64,000 bases of DNA from Octopus vulgaris (Eukaryota), in assembly GCA_951406725.2 (NCBI GenBank), contig OX597826.1, forward strand, positions 66,712,001 through 66,776,000, read 5' to 3'. The notes below the pieces were generated by a model. It ran no database searches, had not been told where the DNA came from, and saw only the letters and a list, made by a program, of their open reading frames with translations. How positions within the stretch are numbered: the stretch's first letter is position 1; every line of letters begins with the position of its first letter. Below, piece after piece: positions 28,171-42,249 of the stretch. The position numbers and the translations under genes were made by a program.

Positions 28171-28524
28171 GTGTTTTGTTTTTGTTTGTTATTGAATTCA
28201 ACATACATTACAAGTATTTCAATCACTGATATAAATACTGTAATACATGCATTTAACAAAACTGTACACAAAACCAAAACAATTTAGATCTGACAATGAA
28301 ACAGAGAAAAAAAAGTCATGCAACCCAAATTACGCTCCAGAAATAGCCAACTTTAATAAAAACCAGTGACAACCTTGAAACACAATACACGAAAACCACG
28401 CACAGCAGAAATAAAATTTAATAAGGAAATAAAATACCCACCAACATCACCATCACCAACAGCAGCAGCAGCAGCAATAACAGAAACAACAACCAACCAA
28501 ACAGAAACCTTTGTATTATAGGCT

Positions 28525-29035
28525 CAAAGTCGACCTCGGCGGAATTTAAGGCGGCGAGCTGGCAGAATCGTTAGCACGTCGGGCGAAATGCTTAGCGGTA
28601 TTTCGGCTGCCGTTACGTTGTGAGTTCAAATTTCGCCGAGGTCGACTTTGCCTTTCATCCTTTCGGGGTCGATAAATTAAGTACCAGTTACACACTGGGG
28701 TCGATATAATCGACTTAATACCTATGTCTGTCCATGTTTGTCTCCTCTATGTTTAGCCCCTTGTGGGTAATAAAGAAATAGGAATTTGAACTAAAGACGT
28801 AAAGACGGACGAATTGCTGCTGAGCATTTTGCCAAGCATGTTTACAATTCTGCCAGCTCGCCGCCTTACTACTACTACTACTACTACTACTACTAATGGT
28901 TTCAAATTTTGTCACAAGGGCAGCCATTTTAGGTGAGGAAATGTGTCGATTACGTCGAGCCCAGTGTCCCAGTGGTACTTAACTTATCAATCCCGAAAGG
29001 ATCAAAGTCGACTTCGGCGGAATTTGAATTCAGAC
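28525..29035. mobile_element. Cluster of SINE family A: a + copy (28549-28780) nested in a - copy (28525-28866), plus another - copy (28897-29035)
   Basis: 7-bp duplication ggaattt at 28541-28547 and 28781-28787 brackets the inner copy. Confidence 0.88.
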
Positions 29036-29130
29036 GGGTAGTCATGATAGGCATACTGGGCTTCGTATATTTTACCCCAGTGTCACTTTGATGGCTTGCA
29101 CTGCTCTCTCACTCAATAATAATAATAATA

Positions 29131-29628
29131 AATCGAATAGGCCAGACATTATATTGAAAGACTTCAGCCAAAAATCATGCATCCTCATTGATATGACTGT
29201 CCCAATCGATATAAACGTATCTGTCAAAACCTACCAAAGTCTGAACAAGAATAAAGATCTTGAAATAGAAATGAGCAAAATGTGGAACCTCAAGACTAAA
29301 ATAATACCTATTGTTTTAGGTGCACTCGGAATGATAGCAAAAGGGGCTGATTGCTACCTGGCTGACATACCAGGAAACCCCAAAATGGCAGAAATTCAAA
29401 AGACAGTACTCTTAGGAACTGCCCATGTCCTACGTAAAATATTGTCTGCGTAATCTCAAATTTTAAAACAAACTCATAATTTTCTTATGTTTTCTTAAAC
29501 ATTCTTTAGGACAATACTATGTACAAAATCAAATATATGACACTCTAGGCATAACATCAACATAAACTTCTAACTTGTCTCTTGAGGTCTCTGGGTAAAA
29601 CTTGGAGTCAACTTGTACAAAGTCAAAC
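29131..29628 (+). mobile_element. 5'-truncated R4/Dong-clade (RLE) retrotransposon, family 1, between (TAA)n tracts
   Basis: NRPDIILKD...ILIDMTVP...KDLEIEMSKMW...IPIVLGALG...LLGTAHVLRKILSA* (stop 29451-29453) is a PD-(D/E)xK restriction-like endonuclease C-terminus; 3'UTR follows, then (TAA)n. Confidence 0.88.
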
Positions 29629-29629
29629 A

Positions 29630-29662
<33 letters not shown>

Positions 29663-29664
<2 letters not shown>

Positions 29665-30252
29665 GATGTATCAACACCAACAGATGACAATGTTTCTCTA
29701 AAAGAAACGGAGAAACTTTCAAAATACAAGGAGTTGGAAATAGAAGTATCTCGAATGTGGAGTCTAAAAACAGAAACAATTCCTATCATAGTGGGCGCAT
29801 TAGGTATGATTAAAAAACATTCAGACAAATACATAATAAAAACACCAGGACTAACAAGTATATATATATTTCTTTACTGCCCACAAGGGGCTAAACATAG
29901 AGGGGACAAACAAGGACAGACGAAGGGATTGAGTCGATTATATCACCCCCAGTGCGAAACTGGTACTTAATTTATCGACCCCGAAAGGATGAAAGGCAAA
30001 GTTGACCTCGGCGGAATTTGAACTCAGAACCTAACGACAGACGAAATACCGCTAAGCATTTTGCCCGGCGCGCTAACGTGTCTGCCAGCTAACATACAGA
30101 AAATAGAATTACTAGGCACCGCACACATCCTACGTAAAACACTTTCAATACAGTAAAATAAGAGCATCACAACAAACTACAGCACAAACCGAACACACAC
30201 AGAGCTGTGATCGGTAGTGCAGTGAATGCACGTGATAAGATTAAGACTACTG
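29663..30252 (+). mobile_element. 5'-truncated R4/Dong-clade retrotransposon, family 2, interrupted by a SINE A
   Basis: DVSTPTDDNVSLKETEKLSKYKELEIEVSRMW...IPIIVGALG...PGLTSIY [SINE] NIQKIELLGTAHILRKTLSIQ*; (TAA)n on both sides. Confidence 0.88.
29869..30090 (-). mobile_element. SINE family A inserted in the Dong ORF
   Basis: Matches the copies at 38361 and 39023. Confidence 0.9.
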
Positions 30253-31344
30253 AATAATAATAATAACAACAATAACAACAACAACAATAATAATAAAATA
30301 TGATGATAATAATAATAAATTGATAAATACATGCATTAAATAAGAATATACGAATAAACGAAAAACTGAAAACTTGCAAATATTTGTTTCCTCCATAAAG
30401 CAGGAAACGATGAGTAGAACAATGCATTAATTAATTAGCAAAATTGATTATGACGGTCATAAGATATCCCGTGTTACAACGACAATCTCATAATATTCCT
30501 GCATTGAATCAGCGAGCAAAAAAGCTTATCTGATATTGCTCTAAAGTCAACTAACAAAGCCACACACGCACGCACATACACACACATGCACATACACACA
30601 CATATACACACACACACACAGACGCACCCCCTCACCACACACGCACCCATCACCACACACACACGCGCCCCTACCGCACACGCACACACGCACCCCTCAC
30701 CGCACACGCACCCTCACCGCACACGCACCCCTCACCACACACACACACGCACCCCGTCACCACACACACACACGCCCTCACCACACACATATACACACAC
30801 GCACCTCCCCACCACATGAACACATGCGCGCACAACACACACACACTCATAAACACGCATACATACAAACGTAATTGTGCACACAGAAGAAAAAGTATTA
30901 TGAGATACATACACCGCTTCCATAATACTTTACAACACATATAGAAGACATTCAATAAAGCAAAAGAGACGAAAGTACAACGGGAGTAGTCATAATACAA
31001 AGGTTGGTTCGCAGAAAAGAAACTGCTATGATGATGTGCAAATGTCGGTTCCACCCGGAAACGCAATCTCTCCAAAATGAAGCGCAATAATTTACAGACA
31101 ATACGAAAGAGGAAGTGTGCATTATTGTAGGTTTTATGAAGACCACACTCACTGAACAAGAAAACAACAGCCAGCGAAACAAGAGAACTACAGAAGATAA
31201 CCTGGGTACGTGAGACACTGTTGCTGCAGGAAGCTCCTTTCTCACAGTTCATATTAGTACAAGGAAAATCACCCCCGAATAACCAAAAACATAAAATCGC
31301 ATTCCCAACATACCCTTAACCACCGTTTTTTATTTTATGTATTT

Positions 31345-31380
31345 TTTTCTGATGAGATTTTGGTGTTCGAAACGTCAAAA
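31345..31380 (+). ncRNA. Minimal type-I hammerhead ribozyme motif (Penelope-type)
   Basis: tttt-CTGATGA-ga(ttttggtgt)tc-GAAA-C-GTC-aaaa: intact core and GUC triplet, but weak stems. Confidence 0.5.
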
Positions 31381-31559
31381 TTCCCTACCTTCCTTTTGTT
31401 AAATTTTGTTAATCCTGTGTTGTCTTAATTGTTGTGTCCATTGCCGAATATATTTATAATGTGCCCCGATGATACCCAAGAAATATTTATCTCTCCCATT
31501 TCTTGGCTAAGTATATGTAACAGAAATAATTACGAAGTTACTAACTTCGCTGGATCTAC

Positions 31560-32022
31560 CAGTTTTCCAGGAAGTTAGGGAATCCTCGGAACTTTCCAGG
31601 AACCTTCCTCCCATGGTAATTCCGAGGACTTCCTGGAAAGTTCCGCGGATTGGGCTCCCTGGAAATTTCCGAGGATGAAACTTCCTGGAAAATTCCGAGA
31701 ATTGGACTTCCTGGAAAGTCCCGAGGATGAGACTTCCTGGAAAACTCCGATGTTTTCCTGGAAAGTTCCAAGGGGCTGACTTCCTGGAAAATTCAGAGGA
31801 GATGCTGAATTTACATCCTGGAAAGATCTGAGGAAAGGCAGGAAAGGGAGGAATTACTTCCTGGAAACTTCCGAGGAGGGGGAAAGAGGAAGAATTGCTT
31901 CTCGGAAAGTTCCGAGATTCTGAGGAATTATTTCCTGAAATGTCCTGGACATTTCCGAGGACTTCCTGAAATGTTCCGAGGATTTCCTGGAAAGTTCCAA
32001 GGATTTTCTGGAAAGTTCCGAA
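31560..32022. repeat. ~21-26-bp minisatellite built on TTCCTGGAAA(G/A)TTCC, first two units inverted
   Basis: About ten exact TTCCWGGAA plus variants, visible directly. Confidence 0.92.
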
Positions 32023-32034
32023 ACAAAGGTACTA

Positions 32035-32760
32035 ATCATTGTTTGGTGGACTGTCTTGCAACTTTGAAAGAGGCCATGAAGTCCTTTTCCTGGATGATAT
32101 CAGCACCAAATAATGTCATAATATATTTGGGAATATATATCTGGAAGTTTTAGAGAAACGTACTTAGAATCGGGATTTATGCTTGATTGCTGCATTTTAA
32201 CAGGTCTAAGGTATATGGCAATATTCTCAAATAAGCATTATCGCTACTCACGAGAAATATACCCTAACTTTATCCCTTTCTCACTATTTTGTTCCATACT
32301 TGTATAGCTTTGACATCAAGTACATTGAGACAGCCTTATCGGGTTACGTTTTTAATAAGTTGGATCTTCCTTACCATTCTCCGGGGCAACGCTTTTTTCC
32401 ATTCTGTCAGCTGGGGTCATGATGCAGTCTGACATACAGGAAATTATACGTGCCACTCCTTAAATACTTAGATCCATGCAGCAATTTATTATTTTAATTC
32501 TACCACAATATATTTTTCGTTATAACTAAGTTATCCCATAATTTATAAATGAATTATATATTTTTAGTGAGCCTAATCCTGCTGACAACAGTTTTCTTCA
32601 TGCTGTCTATAATTTCCAATCCTTCGGTGTATCTGATCTTGTGTTTCTTGCTGACGGTTGTCTGCTTCAGGCATTTTACTATCTCAAAGCCTTTTGTCGT
32701 TTTTGTTCTGGCTTATCTAGCCTGCAGTGTATTGGCTGCATCTTGATTAAAAGTTTTATT
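32035..32760 (-). mobile_element. Highly degraded Penelope-like RT relic
   Basis: Minus-strand peptides RLDKPEQK..KGFE, MDL, YVRLHHDPS, QEKDFMASFKVARQSTK parallel the PLE motifs LT..E..L.KGL.F, MD...Y, Y..L..DPT, ED.MVSFDV.SLFTK in the correct order. Confidence 0.45.
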
Positions 32761-33473
32761 AAATTATGATTTGACTGTCCACCACAGTTGATGTTAAAAG
32801 ACTAAACAGTACAAAGATTTATTGTCGCTGTGAGATGTGTTGAGTTTCCTATAGACTCAACTGTATTTATTCCGCTGCTCACAATTTCTGATGTATGAAA
32901 GACAGCATTTCAAGCAAATATGATATGTGTGAGAGGTCATTGAAAAGGAAAATAGTATGACTCAAAAGTTACAGGAAGACGAAAATCATGAATATGTATA
33001 AAAGATGCAGCATAAACAGGGCGTCTTGGACATTTTTCGACCTCGTGGAACCCATCATTCTTCTAGTCTGACAACAGCCAATTAGTTTCCGAACGAGAGG
33101 AGAGAAAAAGAAAGTAGGAGAGTTATTGAAGAGAAGATAACGACTCCAGTACACGACTGGTACTTTGCTGCCCCTACCACTATGTATGTATGTGTGTATG
33201 TGTGTGTGTGTGTGTGTATGTATGTGTGCGTCTGTTTGTGTGTGTGCTTGCTTCACTGCATATATGAAGTGAGAAATATAAAAGGTAAAGAAAAGTAGAC
33301 ATATTGTTGAATAGAAAACATAAAGCATATGTATATATATATATGTGTGTGTATATGTATATGTATGTATATTCATGTAGACACTCATACAGTCACACAT
33401 ATATCTGTTGGTAGGAAGGTAGAAGCAGAATGAGAAATGTCTGTGTATACATCTATAATACATAGATACATAG

Positions 33474-33517
<44 letters not shown>

Positions 33518-33585
33518 TTACACGCACAAACACACACTTGTATTTACATGTATATACATATATTACATACATATATTATGTTATG

Positions 33586-33617
<32 letters not shown>

Positions 33618-33752
33618 GTGTACATATACATATCTATCTATCTATCTGTCTATCTATATTACTCGCACTCACACTGTATATATATATATATATACTTATA
33701 CATGTATACAAAATTCTGCCAATTGCATAATACAACGCACACGCACATGAAG

Positions 33753-33799
<47 letters not shown>

Positions 33800-34879
33800 C
33801 ACACCCACATACGCACACATAGCCAGACAGGGTGATAAACACACCGATATATAAATAGCTAAATAGATAGACATATCGATCGATATTTAGATATGGCCAT
33901 TTTCACAACATCATATTCACGGATCACTGGCAAACCCATCTACACTAACCTCCCTAATTATAGTGTTCCATTCAGGTAACTGGTGAAGTATAGCGATGAC
34001 AGTCTTATTGTTCTCTTTTCTCCTGTATCGTTGAGCGATTCCCTAAATTACTGACCCTTCGACCTCTCTCCAACAGTGACTCAATATAGTTACTTTCGGC
34101 CGTTGCGTCGTTTTCTCATACGATATTTGGCAGCCATTTTAGACCATGATATTTTATCACGAACACTTGACTACGTGCTCATCTATACTTACATATATAC
34201 TAACATTAACCCATTTTTATATACCTGCACACATGCATCTATGCACATTTTCACATGCACTCACATACACACATACACATGCAGATAACATACTTTTGCT
34301 CTAATGTGTACATGCTGATGTGTTTATGTTCATAGATGTAGATGCACAATAGCATACAAATACACACAAACACACATAAACACATTTATACAAACATAAA
34401 TACCCATATATACTGACATATGCAAACAAACACACATACGAATACATTTATACGAACATAAATGCTCATATATACCGACATACACACACACACACACACA
34501 TAAGCACACTGACACATAGATACGCCAACTCATAGATATACATACACATTAAAAAATATAAAGACAAGCTTATAGAAACTCACGGAAGCTTTACCTATTT
34601 ATATTTTATTTTTAACCTTCCGCTCTCTCCCTCCCCCTCTCTCTCTTGTTCTCTTTGTCTTTCTCAATAAATTTTACGTAAGTGTTTGTTAAATAATAAC
34701 AACCACTATTGTTAGCACCACCATCATCATCATCATAAACACAACAACAACAGTAGCAACATTAACAACGAAAATAATAACAACAATAACAAGAACAACA
34801 GCAACAACAGTAGCAACAATAATAATGGTAATAATGATAGTTACTTGCATGCGGTGATGGGTTTGAAAAATTATGCTAT

Positions 34880-35375
34880 GCATAGTGAAAAAAGGACCAT
34901 TATCTGTTACCAGAAATACCGAAGAAGTCATTGAAACAGTCAAAGATTTCAACAATAGAATGAAGAACGACAGGGAAATATATAAAAAAGCTACATGGCC
35001 AATTTAGCGACAAAGCGAGGAGATTTGGAATGAAGAATTCTGGTTTGGCTGAGAGATGGAAACTTGAAGCGAAAAACGGAAACGCTAATGACCAAGCCAT
35101 GAGGACGAGATCAAATGAGAACTCAGAGATCAGTTTAGAATGTGCTAAAAAGGAAACGCAAGCGTTAACTCTCTGTCCCATTAGTGAGTGCGGTAAGCTT
35201 GCACGAAAAGAATATAAAGGCAGAGAAGACTGTTATGGCAAAAGCCAAAACTGTGCATTTGAATTGAGTGAAAACTGGTGGGAAAATATATCCGGGATGA
35301 GATTTCTCCATTATACTACTGAATCTATGTGACCAGATATAACAGTGGAGGATAGAAAGAGCGATGTTAGCTTAT
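34880..35375 (+). mobile_element. Degraded R4/Dong-clade internal fragment (linker/CCHC to RLE start)
   Basis: KLHGQF, DQAMRTR, ISECGKLARKEYKGR and PDITVEDRK motifs in order, with frameshifts. Confidence 0.65.
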
Positions 35376-35758
35376 TGAGTTTGCTTATGCACACAGACAT
35401 ACACATGCACTCATATACTCAGACAAGTATACACACACATATAAAATTTAACAAAAAGACAAATCCAAGGGATACAAACATCGAAAAGATGCCACAAAAG
35501 AGTAACGTCCCTTCATTCATTGATTCATAGTTTTATTTAAGCGAAATTACGAGATATCCCGAGAATGAAGCGAGACTGTTTTCCAAAATGGAGGCAAACA
35601 ACTTTCTCCATATGATTGGCTTGAAAAATATTAACACACTAGGATATTTTCCTACTTTACTTAACATGAAACCAATGGTAGCCTTAATTGACAAATAAAA
35701 ACATTATATATCCATCAATGCAGTGTTGAGCACTCATTTAATCGTTCGATATTTACAC

Positions 35759-35824
<66 letters not shown>

Positions 35825-36439
35825 CTATATATACATATATTTGTATATATATATATTTATAAGTGGGGGGGTTGAGGAATGTGTGTGTGTATGTGTGTAA
35901 GACCATTTCGCAGCAATACACTCCACAGGGCAACGGACAAATGTATTTGCAATATCGGGGGCAATGACAGTACACATCAAAGATGATAGCGCACATTCTT
36001 TTTCTCATACTTGGATATTCAAATATGCATTTACTTCGAACATTCCTCTTGACAATGCATTCGAACGTTCCTAATTTATGGCAGCCGTGACGCCATACGT
36101 AGTTTTACTTTTATCAATAAGCTCTCCTATTTTTTTTGTATGTATTTTTCCTCGGACATTTTTATCCGTTATAATAGAGAAATAATATTCATATTACGTT
36201 TATTTTCAAATTTCAAATTATATATTCATTCGCAGATAACAGAAATACAGAGACACAGAGAATCAGCAGGACATTAACTAATATAGATTTATATAACCAT
36301 ATAAATTATATACATACATACATACATACATACATACATACATACATACATACATACATACATACATACATACATGTATATACTTTCTGATAATATGCAT
36401 ATCTGTACTGTTTATTGATATACGTTCATCCATCAATTC

Positions 36440-36486
<47 letters not shown>

Positions 36487-36565
36487 TATTATGTCTGTTT
36501 CTTATTATTTCTTTCTGTTTCTTACTCTCTCTGTCTCTCCTTTCTCTCTCTACATATATAGTGAG

Positions 36566-36603
<38 letters not shown>

Positions 36604-37420
36604 CACGCATACAGACAACATAGATACACATATGTATATATACACACATTATATATATATGTATATACTAACATATATGTATGTATGTATGTATGTGTGT
36701 ATGTATATATGCATGTATGTAAATATATCGTCTGTCAAAACAGTTGACAGTATCAGGCAGAATAAATGCATAAATAAATATATTACTATATCAATAAATA
36801 ATAACAACAACAATAATAATAATGATGATGACGATGAGGGTAATGATGATGATGATGATGATGAGGGTGATGATTATGATGATGTTGATGACGATGATGA
36901 TGATGATAACATTAATAATCGACAGCAGCACAACACAAACGGTGGGAGTTTTAAAAAAAATGCTTAGCGGCAAATGAAAACAAAGTAAAACTGATTAGTG
37001 TAATATGAAAACACAGAGAAAAAGAAAAAAAGAAAAAAGAAAAAAACAAAAACAAAAACAGAAAAAATAATAATAAGAAACATAAAAGAAGTAAACGAAA
37101 AGCAAATTTTCTTTTTATACAAGAAATCAATAAAATAGAAACTGGAAACTAACTGCTCCGATATAAAAGATTTAGATAAGAACAAAAATAACTGAAAAGG
37201 TTAAAAAAATATTCAAATCATAACGGAATTCAAAAATATACTACATAAAAAAAACTAGAAAAATATAAACTGAGAGAAAAAAACTATTCAACAGTGTAAA
37301 TGTAAGCCAAAGGGAAAAAGTAAGAATGCTTTAAATGTTCTGGGCTAAAATCAGAAATAGTTTTGGTTTTAGCTTCATAGGCTCAATGTCTAACTATATG
37401 CAACTATAATAATATATAAT

Positions 37421-37899
<479 letters not shown>

Positions 37900-37909
37900 A
37901 ATAATAATC

Positions 37910-37976
<67 letters not shown>

Positions 37977-37989
37977 CAACAACAACAAC

Positions 37990-38590
37990 CCTTTCTACTA
38001 AAGGCATAAGGCCTGGAATTTGGGGTCAGGGATGGATGTCTTTCACTGGTACTTAATTTATCGATCTCGAAAGGATGAACGGCAGAGTCGACCTTTGTGG
38101 GTTTTGAGCGAAGAACATAAAGTGGGAAGAAACAGCTGAAGGCCACCGTTATGTATTTGCTGATGCATTGGAACCATGTATAGAACTGCTGAAAACAATA
38201 TAAATAATGGTTTCGAATTTTGGCACAAGGGGAGAGAGTTTGAGTCGAATACATCGACCCTCAGTACTCAACTGGTACTTATTTTATCGACCCAGAAAGG
38301 AGAAGCAAAGTCGACTTCAGCGGGATTTGAACATAGAGCATAAAGACGGACCAAATACCTATTTCTTTATTACCCACAAGGGGCTAAACACAGAGTGGAC
38401 AAACAAGGACAGACATAGGTATTAAGTCGATTACATCGACCCCTGTGCGTAACTGGTACTTAATTTATCGACCCCGAAAGGATGAAAGGCAAAGTCGACC
38501 TCGGCGGAATTTGAACTCACAACGTAATGCAGACGAAATACCGCTAAGCATTTCGCCCGGCGTGTTAACGACTCTGCCAGCTCGCGACCT
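37990..38590 (-). mobile_element. Three SINE family A copies with three different tails (37990-38120, 38207-38355, 38361-38590)
   Basis: Shared actggtactta.tttatcga core; distinct 3' tails. Confidence 0.85.
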
Positions 38591-39022
38591 TCATGGTGAT
38601 ATAAATAAGGATTTCTAGCGTAGCCGCAAATCCACACATTTTAAGGCGAGTAAATGGAAACTCGCTGCGGGACGAACGGACGGCAGGAGAAATCTTTAGA
38701 AGAACTTCCGTCAGACAAGTGTTTCGACCTGTGAGTTCCTGACACTTTAACTAATACAGGCCCACCTATGTCATAACTCCTAGGTATCCTCCAGCTGTTT
38801 TTGAAATGCCATCTTTAGTGAGGATTGAACTCGGAACCTTCGCCATGAAGACCACCAGAAGAACTAGCGCAGTGGGTCTATTCCAAAGTGGGTTTCCATT
38901 CTTACTAGGTTTAAGTAGTTTTCAGTGCTGCATTTCAGCACCGGCTATCGTTTCTCTTTGCTAGTAACCACACTGAGTTCTTTTCAGCTTTCTCTAACAG
39001 GCATTTCATCGTCTCTTATATA

Positions 39023-39255
39023 TATTTCTTTACTACCCACAAGGGGCCAAACACAGAGGAGACAAACAAGGACAGACAAAGGGATTAAGTCGATTACATC
39101 GACCCCAGTGCGTAACTGGTGCTTAATTTATCGACCCCGGAAGGATGAAAGGCAAAGTCGACCTCGGCGGAATTTGAACTCGGAACGTAACGGCAGACGA
39201 AATACGGCAGCGCATTTCGCCCGGCGTGCTAACGTTTCAGCCAGCTCGCCGCCTT
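39023..39255 (-). mobile_element. SINE family A, young full-length copy
   Basis: 15-bp TSD atcgtctcttatata at 39008-39022 and 39256-39270. Confidence 0.95.
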
Positions 39256-39599
39256 ATCGTCTCTTATATAGCAGATAAATGTACCCCAGTATACAACTGA
39301 TATTAATTTTATCAATCTCTATAACGAGATATAAAGCAATGCAACGTCGCCACAAGATGCGATCTAATGCTAAATATATATGGTGTAACAAAAATTTCCG
39401 CGAGCCATATTATGCAAGAGATCTCTTTAAGTGTTACTGAATACTAACGCTTATACATTGCAACAACATTGAAAGGAAGGAAAAAAAATAGAACGGCAGA
39501 AATTTTGAAATTATATACAGAAATGATAACAAAACATTTAAATTGAATTATTAACAGGAGAGCAACCGTTCTTGAAATGCGAATGTAATAAATATTTGT

Positions 39600-39622
39600 C
39601 AAATTACACACACACACACAAC

Positions 39623-39653
<31 letters not shown>

Positions 39654-39670
39654 AAACACATATGTATATG

Positions 39671-39712
<42 letters not shown>

Positions 39713-39827
39713 TATATACTTATATATATACATATATATATATGTATATATATGTATGTATACATATATATATTATATGTATATGTATATATTATATGTA
39801 TATATGTATATAAAATATATAAATATC

Positions 39828-39870
<43 letters not shown>

Positions 39871-40073
39871 ATATATATATATACATTTATATCCACGTAT
39901 ATATTTGTAACTATATACATTAAACATACATATACGTACATAAATTCACACATATATGCAAAGATAAATTTAGATATGAACCAATGTATATATATATATA
40001 TATATATAAATATATATATATGTATATGTATATATATATGTGTGTGTGTGTGTATATTTGTACGCGTAAATAT

Positions 40074-40116
<43 letters not shown>

Positions 40117-40150
40117 CGTATGCACACGGATATATGCATACATGTATACA

Positions 40151-40184
<34 letters not shown>

Positions 40185-40375
40185 GTTATAAATATGAAAT
40201 TAACGCAATTTTTATTGAAATACTTCTTTGGGGACAATACGATCAGTGAGAGGATCCACATAAGTGAAGAGAATTAGATTTACAATGATAACAAATGCTA
40301 TCACACACACAAGACTGTGGAATACGAAGAGACATCTTCAAATATATCACGACACATACTGATATGTACGTGTAT

Positions 40376-40427
<52 letters not shown>

Positions 40428-40711
40428 ACTCTACACACATATGCAATTGTACATACATATATGTGTATGTGTGTGGGTGGGTGATATATCGTATTCCATA
40501 TTAAATATATACGCAATGTATACGGTTCGTTATACAAGCGGAAGTAAGAGAACTCAATACATGAAGGAGAGTGTGTATGCATAAACATATGTGTATATAC
40601 ACGCATATATGTGTGTGTGTACGTGTGTACCAGTGTGTATGTGTGTGTTTGAGGGTGTGTGTGTGTGCATAAGTATGTATGCATTCATGTATACATACAT
40701 ACATGTATATG

Positions 40712-40743
<32 letters not shown>

Positions 40744-40798
40744 TATTTGTGTGGATATCAACGTAATGTATGAACGTACAAATACACACACACACACA

Positions 40799-40844
<46 letters not shown>

Positions 40845-40845
40845 G

Positions 40846-40920
<75 letters not shown>

Positions 40921-41066
40921 GATGTACGTATATGTATGCAAATGTGTGTATATGTATACATATACATGTATGCGTGTAAATATATATGTATGCATTTGTA
41001 TGTGTGTACGTGTGTGTTTGTGTGTATATGTATATATATACATACATACATACATACATACATACA

Positions 41067-41102
<36 letters not shown>

Positions 41103-41128
41103 TTGCGTTCTTGTCCCTTTTTGTATTT

Positions 41129-41180
<52 letters not shown>
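39600..41180. repeat. Extensive compound (TA)/(CA)/(TG)/(TACA) microsatellite field
   Basis: Directly visible. Confidence 0.9.
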
Positions 41181-41624
41181 GCAGAAATAATATATATTTA
41201 AATAAAGTGCGATGCATGTAATTTGAGATAATTTTTGCGAATCGATAAAGTTTTGTCTTTGAGAATCACTTTTTTTCTTTCAAACAGCTTCTGCTCTTTG
41301 CTCGCCATTTTTTTCCCCATAATAATTTCATAAAGAAAAATCTAAAATTATACAATTATACAGAGATGCAAGCATGCATCAAGGCCTTCCATCCATCAAT
41401 TCATTTAGCCATTTAGCTACTTATCCGTTTAACCAACCATCTATATAAACACACGGACACACAGGTACACGCATACACATGCACACATCACGTGCTCACA
41501 CGCACGTAGTATAATAGTGAACGCGAATCTCGTGGTGTGTAAGATACGGCGTTCGATTTCCATAAGCGATCGTACTGCTCTTTCGTTCTCTTTCTCTTTG
41601 GCCTTCTGCTCCAGTCTATCCTTT

Positions 41625-41858
41625 ATCTTATCTCTTGTACATGTTTTACTCGTGAGAATGCGGCCATGTTGGGGCACCACCTCGATGAAATTTTAGTCGA
41701 ATGAATCGACTTCCGTCCTTTGTCTTTTTTTTTTCTCTTTAAGCCTCGTACTTATTCGATCGATACTTTTTGTCGAACTGCTAGGTTACGGGAACGTAAG
41801 CACACCAACACCAGCTGTGAAGCTGTTGTGAGGAACAAACACACACACACATATACAC
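41625..41858 (-). mobile_element. SINE family C, diverged 3' half
   Basis: gcggccatgttggggcaccacc...gaactgctaggttacgggaacgtaagcacacc. Confidence 0.75.
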
Positions 41859-41882
41859 ACACACACATATATATACACATAT

Positions 41883-42145
41883 GTGGAGGCGCGTGGCTTA
41901 CTGGTTAGGGTGTCAGCATTATGATCGTAAGATTGTGGTTTCGATTCGTGGACCGGCCGACGCGTTGTGTTCTTGAGCAAAACACTTCATTTCACGTTGC
42001 TCCAGTCCACTCAGCTGGCAAAAATGAGTAACACTGCGATGAATTGGCGTCCCATCCAGCTGGGGAACACATTCGCCATTGAAACCGGGAAACCGGACCC
42101 TTGAGCCTAGCTAGGCTTTAAAAGGGCGCATTTATTATTTTTTTT
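41883..42145 (+). mobile_element. CORE-type SINE (tail X)
   Basis: gtggaggcgcgtggctta head, gttcttgagcaaaacacttcatttcacgttgctccagtccactcagctg, tail shared with the 2252 copy. Confidence 0.9.
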
Positions 42146-42249
42146 TATATATACACATATATACACATACACATAATGGCTGAAACTCGATTTCGATTAA
42201 TACCATCGCTTGATTTTTCTCTTAAACGTGAGCATTGTGGATGTGGTTT

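Noticed and set aside
33891-33976. Possible exon (tttag|atatggcc...cag|gtaact)
   Set aside because: Poor polypyrimidine tract, modest donor, unrecognisable peptide.
38700-38860. tRNA B-box plus partial hammerhead (GAAACACTTGTC) on the minus strand
   Set aside because: CUGANGA core is missing, so a ribozyme call cannot be supported.
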